Assembly (NCBI GenBank): GCA_035554635.1
Contig: DATMIB010000067.1
Location: forward strand, 282-64,281
From: Steroidobacteraceae bacterium
Lineage (GTDB): Bacteria; Pseudomonadota; Gammaproteobacteria; Steroidobacterales; Steroidobacteraceae
Length of the DNA stretch: 64,000 nucleotides
Reading direction: 5' to 3'
Of the stretch, positions 1 through 9,138 are shown piece by piece; the first letter of the stretch is position 1, and each line of letters starts with the position of its first letter. The notes under the pieces are model-generated. The model saw only the letters and a list, made by a program, of their open reading frames with translations, made no database searches and had not been told where the DNA came from. A program made the position numbers and the translations under genes.

Positions 1-558
1 CGTCGGCACCGTGAATGCCGACGGCAGGCTGAACCATTCGGCGCCCTGCGCGAGCAGCGCACGGAACAGTTCCGGGAAGCGCACGTCGTAACAGGCGGCG
101 AGGCCGAGACGGCCTACCGGCGTGTCGAGCACCACGGGCAGCGAACCGGGCCGCACGGCTTTCGACTCGCGGTGGCTTTCGAGCTTGCCAGGCACGTCGA
201 CGTCGAACAGGTGGATCTTGTCGTAGCGCGCCACCTGTTCGCCCTGCGCGTCGAACACGAGCGAGGCGGCCGCGACGCGCGCTTCGCCGTCGACCTTGAG
301 CGGGATCGTGCCGCCGACGATCCACAGGCCGAATTGGCGTGCGCACTGCGCGAGGAACTCCTGGATCGGCCCGGCGCCCGGCTTCTCGGCGACCGCGAGC
401 TTCGCTTCCTCCCCGCGACCCATGAAGGCGAAGTTCTCCGGCAGCACCGCCACGACCGCGTCCTGCGCACGCGCGCCGCGCAGCATGCCGCGCGCGACTT
501 CGAGGTTGGGCGCGATGTCGGCGCCGGAGGTCATCTGGATCGCAGCCACCTTGTTCAC
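1..558 (-). CDS. carbon-nitrogen hydrolase (nitrilase superfamily), N-terminal part; gene runs off the window start
   Basis: Manual minus-strand translation from GTG at 558 gives VNKVAAIQMTSGADIAPNLEVARGML..VLPENFAFMG..RYDKIHLFDV..RLGLAACYDVRFPELF. These are the Glu/Lys/Cys triad contexts of nitrilase-superfamily amidases. The GTG overlaps the TGA of yhdP (GTGA). Not in the ORF track because the frame is open at the edge. Confidence 0.85.
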   Translation of the reverse strand, partial: MNKVAAIQMTSGADIAPNLEVARGMLRGARAQDAVVAVLPENFAFMGRGEEAKLAVAEKPGAGPIQEFLAQCARQFGLWIVGGTIPLKVDGEARVAAASLVFDAQGEQVARYDKIHLFDVDVPGKLESHRESKAVRPGSLPVVLDTPVGRLGLAACYDVRFPELFRALLAQGAEWFSLPSAFTVPT

Positions 559-3500
559 TGTCCACTCCCTGTCTGGCCTGCGTCCGCCTGGGCGGACGCG
601 GTGTTGGCGCTGGTCGGCGCCGAAATGCGTTCGACGACCGGTGCCGACCACGGACCCGCGACGTGGTAGTAGACGCGGGTCAGGCCCTGCAACTGGTCCT
701 TGAACAGCTGTGACAGCACGAGCACGCCGGCGCCGACCACCGGTCCGGCGGCGAGCGCGCCGGCCACGGCCAGCGGCCCGCTCGTGTTGCTGCTGACGAC
801 GACGGTCTGGTCGTAATCCTCGGCCGCGAGACCGGTGCGACCGACGATGCCGACGTCGACGACCGGGCCCTCGAGCAGCAGGTTCTGCGTATAGGCGTTG
901 CCCGCGCGCACCTCGAAGTCGCCCTGGATCGTGTTGAAGGCGAGGCCCTCGTCGGTCACGTCACGGAAGTCGAGCGCGAGCCGGCGCGGCAACTGGGCGA
1001 CGCTCAGCAGCCCGAGCATGCGTCCGGCTCCGGGCTCGATGTCGCGCATCTGGCCGTCCTCGAGCGCCAGGCGCATCGTGCCGTTCAGGGTCTTCATCGC
1101 GTCACCGGACGGCCCGCCGGGCCACCAGACGTCGGCTTCGATGTGAGCCTTCTTGGCGTCGACCGCCGCGCGGTAAGCCAGCGCGCCGGTCGTGGCCGCA
1201 AAGTCGGTGCTGTCGAGCTTCGCCCGCAGCCGCGTGCGCGTGCCGGCCGGCTCCGCGAGCCAGCTGCCGCTGCCGTGGATCTCGAACGCCGGCGCGACGG
1301 CACTGAGCGTCTCGAACCGGAGCCCGAGCGGGTCGCGCACGACGACGGCTTCGAGACGCCCGAGCCGGCGTTGTTCCCACGCGAACTCCTGGGCGCGCAC
1401 GGTCAGCGCGGGCAACTTGCGTGGGTCGGTCGCCGGCGTCGACTCCGGCGGCGCGGCACCGGGCGTGGCAGCGGCCGTGTGCAGCAGCAGCCGCTGCATG
1501 TCGAGCACGATCGGTTCGCCGCGCGAGAAGTCGTCGGGCACGGTCACGCGCCCCGCCGCGCCCGGCCCGCTGACCTCGACGCGCCAGCCGTCGGCCTCGC
1601 CGCGGAGCTTCGCCACGATGTTGGTGAATTCGAAGCCGAAGACCGTCGCGCGCGCGAGGTGGACGTCGATCGGGCCGAGCCAGTCCTTGAGCCGCGGGCC
1701 CTGCCCGCCGGCGGCCGACGGCGCGTCCGTCGATGTGTCGCCGAGTGCGAGCCATTCAGCCAGGTCGAACTGCGGCCAGTCGCCGGTCACGAGCAGGCCC
1801 GGTTGTGCGGTGAGCTCGGCCGGCGCGCCGTCGAAGCGTGCGGTGCCGCGCTCGAGCTGCCAGCGGCCATCGCGCTCGTCGAACCGCAGTTTCGCGCGCG
1901 CAGGCCCCGAACCGATCGTGACGTCGCTGGCCAGCGCGCCGGGAATCTCGAGCCGCACGTGCGTCGCGCGCGGTTCGGGCGGCGCCTTCGTGAACGGCGC
2001 CGGTGCATCGATCTGCAGGCCGACGAGGTTGCTCGTGACGTCGAACACGAGCGGCCATTCGCCCTCGCCGCGATGCTCGATGCGACCGCGCAGTTCCCAG
2101 GCGGCCGATCCGCCCATGCGGATCGTCGAGGGCAGGCCGATGTAAGCCGGCAGCCTCGCACCGGCGAGTCGGCCGCGGGCGGTGAGGTCCACGGCCGCGG
2201 AGACCTCGCGTGACAGTCGGCCCGGGCTCGCCTTGAGTTCGAACGGCCCGTCGAGCAAGGTGCCCTGCAGCGCCGGCACGGTGACCTGCTCGTTGTGCAA
2301 CTCGAACGTGCCGACGAGCCGCTGCACCGGTGCGCGCAAGGCAGGCAAGGCGACCGTGGCGCCGTCGAGCCGCGCCCGAACGAAGTAGTCGAGCTTGGGC
2401 GCCGGCGTCTCGAGGCCCTGCAGCGTCTGCTCCGACATCGCCGGCAGCAGCAGCTTCACCTCGTAGTGCGCGCGGCCGTTGCCGTGCAGCGCCATGAACT
2501 GGCTGCCGATGCGCGGCCCGAGAGGGCTCGCCTGCACGTACGCGAGCGCCTTGTCCAGGTTGCCGGCGGCGCTGGCGTCGATCGTGAGCAGCGGTGCCCA
2601 GTAGTCGCTCAACTCGAAATGCGTGCGACCGAGCTTGAGACCGCCGACGTCGCCGCCTTCGAGGTCGGCGACGATCGACTCGTTGTGGAACGTGACGGTT
2701 CCCGAGGCGTGCGTGAGCGGCGCGAAACCGGGGTAGTAATCGATCGTCGCGTCATGCGCACGCGCGGTGGCCCTGAAGTCCCCTTCGCCGTCGCGGAACG
2801 GGAACTTGCGCACCGGGCCGCGGTACGACAGTTTGCCGTCGAGCACCTGCCCCGCAATGAACGCGCGATCGAGCCAGGCGATCGTGCGTTCGTGCAGCCG
2901 GCCGTAGGGGACGAACTGCGGCACCGAGGCGACCTCGGCCGAGTCCACCTGCGCCTCGACCACCAGGTACGGCGACACGCCCGGCTTGCGGAACAGGCGC
3001 AGTTCGGCGTTGGCCGAGCCGCGCCCCTGCGGGTGCTCGACGCGCGCGCCGCGCGTCGCGATCACCCAGTCCTCGCCGTCACGCCGCCAGGTCACGTCGG
3101 CGTCCGTGCGCACGATGCGGATCGGTTGCGCGAACATCCGCGGCCAGTCGAGCGCGCCGTCGCGGGCGCGCAGTTCGAGCTTGCCGCCCTGCTGGTTGCC
3201 GGCCAGCGAGGCGGTGATGCCCGTCACGCCGGGGAGCCGGTCGTGCGGCGCGAGGCCCAGCCCCTTGACGTCCGCGGTCACGGTGAAGTCGGGCACGAGG
3301 CCTGCGCGCTCCCGCACTGCCTGCAACCGCAACGCCGTGACCTGCCCCCGCGGCGCGAGACCGGCCCAGCGATCGAACGTGCGCGGCGCAAACGCGAGCG
3401 CCAGCGGCCACAGCTGTTCGACCCCGGCGTGGTCGACCTCAAGCGTGAGCCCGAAGCGCGACACGGGTCGGCCCCACCAGGAGCCCGCGATGCGCGTGGG

Positions 3501-4604
3501 TTCACCGGAGCGAGCGACACGTGGCTGCGTGCGCAACTCTTCCGCGCGGAAGGTCCACTTGTCACCCTCGCGGCGCAGGCGCAGGTCACCCGCGAGCGTG
3601 TCGTAGTGCACCTGCTGCGGCAGCGGCGCGGCAGGCCGCATGAGCATCGTCTTCGTGATGGTCGGGTGCGCAATGAAATTTCCGGCCGCGCGTTCGAGCC
3701 GTGGGTTGTCCACGCGCACGGCCTCGACGGGCGGCACCGACCGGGCCGGCAGGTCGAGCGTCACGTTGCGCAGGTCGATTTCCACCCGCGCGTTCGACAA
3801 CTGTCCTTGAGTAAGCGCGACGATCACGTGCACCGGGCCGCGCCCCGACCGCGGCCGGGCGGTTTGCGGCGGCAGGAAGTCCTGGAGCCCCGCCAGCCGC
3901 AGCGAGTCCGCACGCAGCTCGAAGCGCGCGTCGAGGTGCTCGCGCTCGTCGAGCGAGCCCTTGAGCCGGACTTCGAAACTCGCGCGCGACCCCAGCGCCT
4001 CCGGCAGGCGCGCATCGCCTTCGATCAGCACCTGGTCGCGGTCACGACGCAGCACGCCGTCGAGGTCCTTGAGTTCCAGCGGTGGCTGCTCCGGATGCCG
4101 CAGGTCGCGGAACACGACCGTCGCGCCCTCGAGTTCCAGCCGGCCGGCCGGCAGCCGGTCCAGGTCGAACGGCGGACGATCGGCCGGACGCTCGCCGAGG
4201 CCGAGCAGGCGGATGCGGCCGTCCGGCAACCGCACGAGCGTGACGCGCGGCCGGTCGATGTGCACGCGACCGGCGATCAGCTGCCCGGTACGGAAGAAAT
4301 TCCAGAGGTCGAGACCGACGCTGCCCTCGCGCGCCGTGAACAGTGTCTGCGAGCCGTCGTCGGCCATGACCCGGAGTTCACGCAGCACGAGTTCGGGCCC
4401 GAACCAGCGCAACCGTGCATCGAGACGGCTGTACTGGAAGCGCATTTCGGTCTGCGCTTCGACCCAGGCGCGCAGCGTGTCGGCGTGTTGCGGCAGGTAA
4501 GCGATCGCGATGCGCAGCGCCGTGATCAGCAGCGCGGCCATGACCAGCAGCCCCGCGAACGTGCCCGCGACGATGCGCCAGAGGCGGAACGAGCGCTTGC
4601 GCAC
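555..4604 (-). CDS. yhdP: YhdP/AsmA-like large inner-membrane protein (TIGR02099-like)
   Basis: Lies within the 1489-aa ORF 555..5024. N-terminal anchor is RKRSFRLWRIVAGTFAGLLVMAALLITALRIAIAYLP; large beta-rich body; position downstream of maf-rng as in many proteobacteria. The ORF-track start at 5024 would overlap rng by 268 nt. I place the start at GTG 4604; alternatives are GTG 4631 or GTG 4760 (GTGA overlap with the rng stop). Confidence 0.8.
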   Translation of the reverse strand: MRKRSFRLWRIVAGTFAGLLVMAALLITALRIAIAYLPQHADTLRAWVEAQTEMRFQYSRLDARLRWFGPELVLRELRVMADDGSQTLFTAREGSVGLDLWNFFRTGQLIAGRVHIDRPRVTLVRLPDGRIRLLGLGERPADRPPFDLDRLPAGRLELEGATVVFRDLRHPEQPPLELKDLDGVLRRDRDQVLIEGDARLPEALGSRASFEVRLKGSLDEREHLDARFELRADSLRLAGLQDFLPPQTARPRSGRGPVHVIVALTQGQLSNARVEIDLRNVTLDLPARSVPPVEAVRVDNPRLERAAGNFIAHPTITKTMLMRPAAPLPQQVHYDTLAGDLRLRREGDKWTFRAEELRTQPRVARSGEPTRIAGSWWGRPVSRFGLTLEVDHAGVEQLWPLALAFAPRTFDRWAGLAPRGQVTALRLQAVRERAGLVPDFTVTADVKGLGLAPHDRLPGVTGITASLAGNQQGGKLELRARDGALDWPRMFAQPIRIVRTDADVTWRRDGEDWVIATRGARVEHPQGRGSANAELRLFRKPGVSPYLVVEAQVDSAEVASVPQFVPYGRLHERTIAWLDRAFIAGQVLDGKLSYRGPVRKFPFRDGEGDFRATARAHDATIDYYPGFAPLTHASGTVTFHNESIVADLEGGDVGGLKLGRTHFELSDYWAPLLTIDASAAGNLDKALAYVQASPLGPRIGSQFMALHGNGRAHYEVKLLLPAMSEQTLQGLETPAPKLDYFVRARLDGATVALPALRAPVQRLVGTFELHNEQVTVPALQGTLLDGPFELKASPGRLSREVSAAVDLTARGRLAGARLPAYIGLPSTIRMGGSAAWELRGRIEHRGEGEWPLVFDVTSNLVGLQIDAPAPFTKAPPEPRATHVRLEIPGALASDVTIGSGPARAKLRFDERDGRWQLERGTARFDGAPAELTAQPGLLVTGDWPQFDLAEWLALGDTSTDAPSAAGGQGPRLKDWLGPIDVHLARATVFGFEFTNIVAKLRGEADGWRVEVSGPGAAGRVTVPDDFSRGEPIVLDMQRLLLHTAAATPGAAPPESTPATDPRKLPALTVRAQEFAWEQRRLGRLEAVVVRDPLGLRFETLSAVAPAFEIHGSGSWLAEPAGTRTRLRAKLDSTDFAATTGALAYRAAVDAKKAHIEADVWWPGGPSGDAMKTLNGTMRLALEDGQMRDIEPGAGRMLGLLSVAQLPRRLALDFRDVTDEGLAFNTIQGDFEVRAGNAYTQNLLLEGPVVDVGIVGRTGLAAEDYDQTVVVSSNTSGPLAVAGALAAGPVVGAGVLVLSQLFKDQLQGLTRVYYHVAGPWSAPVVERISAPTSANTASAQADAGQTGSGQ

Positions 4605-4756
4605 TCTTCCCTCACCCCCACCCTCTCCCACGGACGTGGGCGAGGGAGCAGGACCCCAACCCTCTCCCGCCGCGGCGGGAGTGGCCGCAGAACCTCGACC
4701 CCCTCCCGCTGGCGCAGGAGAGGGGGCAGGCGCCCCGCCCTCTCCCGTCGGGAGTG
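4605..4756. repeat. cluster of about 4 REP-like GC-rich stem-loops (CCCTCTCCC-loop-GGGAGRG type)
   Basis: ccctctcccacggacgtgggcgaggg, ctcccgccgcggcgggag (18-nt perfect palindrome), ccccctcccgctggcgcaggagaggggg and ctcccgtcgggag lie back to back between the rng stop and the yhdP membrane anchor. Confidence 0.8.
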
Positions 4757-6226
4757 TCACATGAGCACCACGTCGTACTGGTCGTGCAGGTACAGCGACT
4801 CGGTCTGCAGGCGGATCGGCTTGCCGACGAGCACCTCGAGTTCGCCGAGCGCGGCGGACTCCTCGTCGAGCAGCCGTTCGATGACGTCGGAATGCGCCAG
4901 CACCATGAGCTGCTGGAAGTCGAACTGCCCGGCCTGGCGCAGCACCTCGCGGAAGATCTCGTAGCAGACCGTCTCGGGCGTCTTGGCGAAGCCGCGACCC
5001 TCGCAGGCCGGGCACGGCTGGCACAGCTGGTGCGCGAGGCTTTCGCGCGTGCGCTTGCGCGTCATCTCGACGAGGCCGAGCGGCGAGACGGCCGAGACGT
5101 GGGTCTTGGCGTGATCCTTGGACAGCGCCTTCTCGAGCGCCTGGAGCACCTGCTTGCGGTGCTCCTCCTCTTCCATGTCGATGAAGTCGATGATGATGAT
5201 GCCGCCGAGGTTGCGCAGCCGCAGCTGCCGCGCGATCGCGACCGCCGCCTCGAGGTTGGTGCGGTAGATCGTCTCCTCGAGGTTGCGGTGGCCGACGTAG
5301 GCGCCCGTGTTGACGTCGATCGTCGTCAACGCCTCGGTCTGGTCGATGATCAGGTAGCCACCGGACTTGAGCGGCACCTTGCGGTCGAGCGAACGCTGGA
5401 TCTCCTCTTCGACCGCGTGCAGGTCGAAGATCGGGCGGCTGCCGGTGTAGCGTTCGACGCGCGCACCGAGCGCCGGCATGAACGTCGTCGCGAACTCCTG
5501 CATGCGCTCGCAGGTGCGCTCGTGGTCGACGAGCACGCGGTCGACGCCCTCGCCGACGAGGTCGCGCATCAGGCGCAGCGGCAGCGGCAGGTCTTCGTGC
5601 ACCAGCGTGCCGGCGCGCGCGCCCGCGGCTTTTTTCGAGAGCACTTCCCAGAGCTTGCGCAGGAACAGCATGTCGGCCCGCAGCGCTTCGCCCTCCGCGC
5701 CTTCGGCGGCGGTGCGGACGATATAGCCGCCCGGCTCGCCCGGCGAGACGAACGACTGCATGAGCTCGCGCAGCCGCGTGCGCTCCTCCTCGGCCTCGAT
5801 GCGCGCCGAGATGCCCACGCCGTGCCCGAACGGCATGTAGACCAGGAAACGCGACGGGATCGTGATGAACGTGGTCAGGCGGGCGCCCTTCGTGCCGAGC
5901 GGGTCCTTCAGCACCTGAACGAGGATGTCCCCGCCTTCGTTGACGAGCTCGCGGATGTTTTCCGTGCGGGGCGCATCGCCGGAACTCTCGGCGTCGGCGG
6001 GCTGCACGATGTCGGAGACGTGCAGGAACGCGGTCCGCTCGAGCCCGATGTCGATGAACGCGGCCTGCATGCCCGGCAGCACGCGCGAGACGCGACCCTT
6101 GTAGAGATTGCCGGTGAGGCCCATGCGACTCGCGCGTTCGACGAACAGTTCCTGCAGGACGCCGTTCTCGAGCAGTGCAGCGCGCGTCTCGCGCGGGCTC
6201 ACGTTGACGATCATTTCCGTGGTCAT
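4757..6226 (-). CDS. rng: ribonuclease G
   Basis: MTTEMIVNVSPRETRAALLENGVLQELFVER..GNLYKGRVSRVLPGMQAAFIDIGLERTAFLH (S1 domain), then an RNase E/G catalytic core. ATG at 6226 verified (cat 6224-6226). Overlaps the maf stop by 4 nt. Confidence 0.93.
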   Translation of the reverse strand: MTTEMIVNVSPRETRAALLENGVLQELFVERASRMGLTGNLYKGRVSRVLPGMQAAFIDIGLERTAFLHVSDIVQPADAESSGDAPRTENIRELVNEGGDILVQVLKDPLGTKGARLTTFITIPSRFLVYMPFGHGVGISARIEAEEERTRLRELMQSFVSPGEPGGYIVRTAAEGAEGEALRADMLFLRKLWEVLSKKAAGARAGTLVHEDLPLPLRLMRDLVGEGVDRVLVDHERTCERMQEFATTFMPALGARVERYTGSRPIFDLHAVEEEIQRSLDRKVPLKSGGYLIIDQTEALTTIDVNTGAYVGHRNLEETIYRTNLEAAVAIARQLRLRNLGGIIIIDFIDMEEEEHRKQVLQALEKALSKDHAKTHVSAVSPLGLVEMTRKRTRESLAHQLCQPCPACEGRGFAKTPETVCYEIFREVLRQAGQFDFQQLMVLAHSDVIERLLDEESAALGELEVLVGKPIRLQTESLYLHDQYDVVLM

Positions 6227-6822
6227 GCCGCGCCTTCCCGTCCGTTGAGACCGAGCAGCGGGGCGAGCAGTTCCCACGTCTCGTACAGGGGCAATCCCAT
6301 CACGCCCGAATAACTGCCGGCGAGGTGCCGGATGAAGATCGCGCCGTGGCCCTGCACTGCGTACGCCCCGGCCTTGTCGGCCGGTTCGCCGGTGCGCCAG
6401 TACCACTCGATCTCCGCCTCGGTCAGTTCACGGAACGTCACCGTGCTCGTGCTGACCCGCGCATCGGCGCCGCCCTCGTGCAGCAGCGCGACGGCCGTGT
6501 GCACTTCGTGTTCGCGCCCCGACAATCGCGCGAGGATGCGTGCCGCGTCGTCGCGGTCCAGCGGCTTGCCAAGGATCTCCAGCCCGAGCGCCACGGTCGT
6601 GTCGGCCGCGAGCACGGGCCGCCGTTCGGTCGGCTCGAGCCGCTGCCACAACGCCCGGGCCTTTTCCTCGGCGAGCCGCAACGCGTACTGGGCCGGACGC
6701 TCCCCGGTGCGCGGCGCCTCGTCGATGTCGACGGGACGAACGTCGTGGTCGACGTCGATCTGCCGCAGCAGCGCACTGCGTCGTGGCGAGGCGGAAGCGA
6801 GCAGGATCGGCGGCCGTGCCAT
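6223..6822 (-). CDS. maf: Maf-like nucleoside triphosphate pyrophosphatase
   Basis: MARPPILLASASPRRSALLRQI...GAYAVQG motif set; 199 aa; upstream of rng. Confidence 0.9.
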   Translation of the reverse strand: MARPPILLASASPRRSALLRQIDVDHDVRPVDIDEAPRTGERPAQYALRLAEEKARALWQRLEPTERRPVLAADTTVALGLEILGKPLDRDDAARILARLSGREHEVHTAVALLHEGGADARVSTSTVTFRELTEAEIEWYWRTGEPADKAGAYAVQGHGAIFIRHLAGSYSGVMGLPLYETWELLAPLLGLNGREGAA

Positions 6823-6834
6823 CGCGCGCGCCGG

Positions 6835-7269
6835 TCAGCCTACGACGACCGTGGGGTCCAGCCGCGATTCGGCGACCAGCGAATTGGTGATCAGGCAGAC
6901 CTGCTCGGCTTTCTCGAGCAGCTTGGTCGCGCGATCCTGGTCGACACCCGACGGCACGCGCAGCGTCGCGTGCACGACCAGCTGCGTGAAGTGCGTCTTG
7001 CCGTCGACCTTGTCGAGCTTGCCCTCGACACGCGCCTCGAGCGCCAGCCAGTCGAGCCGCGACGCGCGTGCGACGGCGCGGAAGCTCAGGATGAAGCAGT
7101 CGGCGACCGCGGCGCAGAGCAGCGTCTCCGGCGACCAGCGGTCACCGGGGCCGTCGAACTCCGCCGGCGGCGCGGTGCGCAGCGTCGGCAGGCCTTCGGC
7201 GGCGACTTCGACGTCACCCGTCGTTTCCGACCGGGCGTGGACGATGTAATGGTGCGGGTACGGGTGCAT
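6835..7269 (-). CDS. OsmC/Ohr-family protein
   Basis: MHPYPHHYIVHA..WSPETLLCAAVADCFILSF..VCLITNSL carries the two conserved Cys contexts of the OsmC family. ATG at 7269 preferred over the track start at 7296. Confidence 0.75.
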   Translation of the reverse strand: MHPYPHHYIVHARSETTGDVEVAAEGLPTLRTAPPAEFDGPGDRWSPETLLCAAVADCFILSFRAVARASRLDWLALEARVEGKLDKVDGKTHFTQLVVHATLRVPSGVDQDRATKLLEKAEQVCLITNSLVAESRLDPTVVVG

Positions 7270-7353
7270 GCGGGGCCTCGCGCGGACAGCATCCAAACGG
7301 GCATTGAAACGTGGCGTGCCCGGTCCTGTCCATGACGGATTGCTCAGGCCCGA

Positions 7354-7821
7354 TCACGCGCGATGGTACGGTAACCCCTTGATCAGGCTGACCGCGCGGT
7401 AAAGCGCCTCGGCGACGACCACGCGCGCCAAAGCGTGCGGCAACGTCAGGGCCGACAGCGACCAGCGCAACCGCGCGCGCGCATCGACCTCGGGTGCCAG
7501 CCCGTCCGGGCCGCCGATGCAGAACACCGGCTGGTCGCCCTCGGCCGCGCGCGTCGCGAGCCACTGGGCCAGCTGCTCGGTCGTCAGCGCGCGCCCGCCG
7601 ACCTGGAGCGCCACGAGGTGACAGCGCTCGCCGGCCGCCGCGAGCATGCGTTTGCCTTCCGTCTCCACGGCACGGCGCACGTCGCCGCCGCCGCGCTCGC
7701 CCAGCGCGATCTCGGTCAGTTCGAGCCGGTAATCGCCGCGCAGGCGGCCGGCGTAGTCGTCGAAACCGGCCTCGACCCAGGCGGGCATGCGGGTGCCCGC
7801 CGCCAGCAGTCGCATGCGCAT
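7354..7821 (-). CDS. rlmH: 23S rRNA (pseudouridine1915-N3)-methyltransferase RlmH
   Basis: LLAAGTRMPAWVEAGFDDYAGRL...IGGPDGLAPEV...SLSALTLPHALARVVVAEALYRA..LPYHR aligns end to end with E. coli RlmH. The start could be the 3rd codon (7815). Confidence 0.93.
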   Translation of the reverse strand: MRMRLLAAGTRMPAWVEAGFDDYAGRLRGDYRLELTEIALGERGGGDVRRAVETEGKRMLAAAGERCHLVALQVGGRALTTEQLAQWLATRAAEGDQPVFCIGGPDGLAPEVDARARLRWSLSALTLPHALARVVVAEALYRAVSLIKGLPYHRA

Positions 7822-7849
7822 GCGCGTGATGTCCGTCCGGTGACGGCCC

Positions 7850-8467
7850 TCAGGCGCGTCGGGCCGCCGCGGCCGCGCCGCTGCCTTCCCAGAGCTTCTC
7901 GAGCGCGTAGAACTCGCGCACGCGCGGCAGCATCACGTGCAGCACGAGGTCGTTGAGGTCGAGCAGCACCCATTCGCCGTCGCGTTCGCCTTCGAGGCCG
8001 TACGGCCGGAAGCCCGCTTCCTTGCAACGCTGCACCACACGGTCGGCAATCGACTTGACGTGGCGGTCCGAGGTGCCGCTCGCGACGACCATGGTGTCGG
8101 TGATGTCGGTGATGCCGCGCACGTCGAGCGCCTTGACGTCGACCGCCTTCATGTCGGCGAGCGCGTCGAGCACGACCTGTCGGAGCGTCGGCTGCGCTCG
8201 CGTCTTCGTCGCCTTGGCGGTCTTGCGCGCTACCGCATGCGCGGGCTTCGCCGCGGCCCCGGCGACCTTGCGCGGCGTCTTGGCCGGTGCAGCGCTGCTA
8301 GCGGGCGCCCTGCCCTTCGACGGCGCCTTCGACGCGGCCCTGGCCGGTGCCTTGGCCTTGGTGGCGACGCCATGACCCTTCGCGACCGGGCGCTGGGCGG
8401 GCCGGGCGGACGCCGGGCGGGATTTCGCGGACTTCGACGTTGCTTGCGACGATCGCTTGACTGCCAT
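7850..8467 (-). CDS. rsfS: ribosome silencing factor RsfS with a roughly 95-aa Lys/Ala/Pro-rich N-terminal extension
   Basis: C-terminal 110 aa LRQVVLDALADMKAVDVKALDVRGITDITDTMVVASGTSDRHVKSIADRVV..WVLLDLNDLVLHVMLPRVREFYALEKLW is RsfS/iojap. ATG at 8467 verified, 2 nt after the nadD stop. The track ORF start at 8821 overlaps nadD and is rejected. Confidence 0.88.
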   Translation of the reverse strand: MAVKRSSQATSKSAKSRPASARPAQRPVAKGHGVATKAKAPARAASKAPSKGRAPASSAAPAKTPRKVAGAAAKPAHAVARKTAKATKTRAQPTLRQVVLDALADMKAVDVKALDVRGITDITDTMVVASGTSDRHVKSIADRVVQRCKEAGFRPYGLEGERDGEWVLLDLNDLVLHVMLPRVREFYALEKLWEGSGAAAAARRA

Positions 8468-8469
8468 GC

Positions 8470-9138
8470 TCACCTCGTGGGTCGTGAAACAGAATAGCAA
8501 CCCGTCCGCCGCAGGACGTCGCGGACGGCATCGGGCACCAGGTAGCGCGGGTCGCGGCCGGCGGCCAGCAACGCACGCAAATCGGTCGAGGAGATTTCCA
8601 GCTGCGTGACCGGCTGGATATAGATGCTTCCGGCGCTTGCGCGATGCAGCGCGTCGGGGCTGGCGGCGCGACGTGCGGCCAGCAGGTCGCCGAGCACGCC
8701 GTCCGCGGGGGCGACCCAGCCCGGACGCGGCGCGACGACGACGTGCGCGAGCTCGAGCAGTTCCTGCCAGCGATGCCAGGTCGGCAGGCCGAGGAACGCG
8801 TCCATGCCGACGATCAGGCACAGCGGCGTGGCCCGCAGTTCGCGACGCAGTTCGCCAAGGGTGAGCACGCTGTAGGAAGGCCCAGCGCGTCGCACCTCGC
8901 GGTCGTCGACCGTGAACCCCGGCTGGTCGGCGACGGCGGCGCGCACGAGTTCGAGCCGGCGCGTGGCATCGACCTGCGGCGGCGCGCGGTGCGGCGGGTC
9001 ACCGGCCGGCACGAACCGCACTTCGGCGAGGCGTAGCGCCTGCAGCATCTCGTACGCGGTGCGCAGGTGCCCGAAGTGGACAGGATCGAACGTGCCGCCG
9101 AAGACCCCGATCGCCGCGCCGTGACCCGGTGCTGTCAT
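8470..9138 (-). CDS. nadD: nicotinate-nucleotide adenylyltransferase
   Basis: IGVFGGTFDPVHFGHL (HxGH motif) and ..ISSTDLR (SxxxxR). ATG at 9138 verified; ATGA overlap with the holA stop. Confidence 0.92.
   Translation of the reverse strand: MTAPGHGAAIGVFGGTFDPVHFGHLRTAYEMLQALRLAEVRFVPAGDPPHRAPPQVDATRRLELVRAAVADQPGFTVDDREVRRAGPSYSVLTLGELRRELRATPLCLIVGMDAFLGLPTWHRWQELLELAHVVVAPRPGWVAPADGVLGDLLAARRAASPDALHRASAGSIYIQPVTQLEISSTDLRALLAAGRDPRYLVPDAVRDVLRRTGCYSVSRPTR

Noticed and set aside
2295-4964. 889-aa plus-strand ORF
   Set aside because: It lies fully antisense to yhdP. Its Arg/Asp/Glu/His-rich composition is typical of open antisense frames in high-GC DNA, and it has no recognisable motif.
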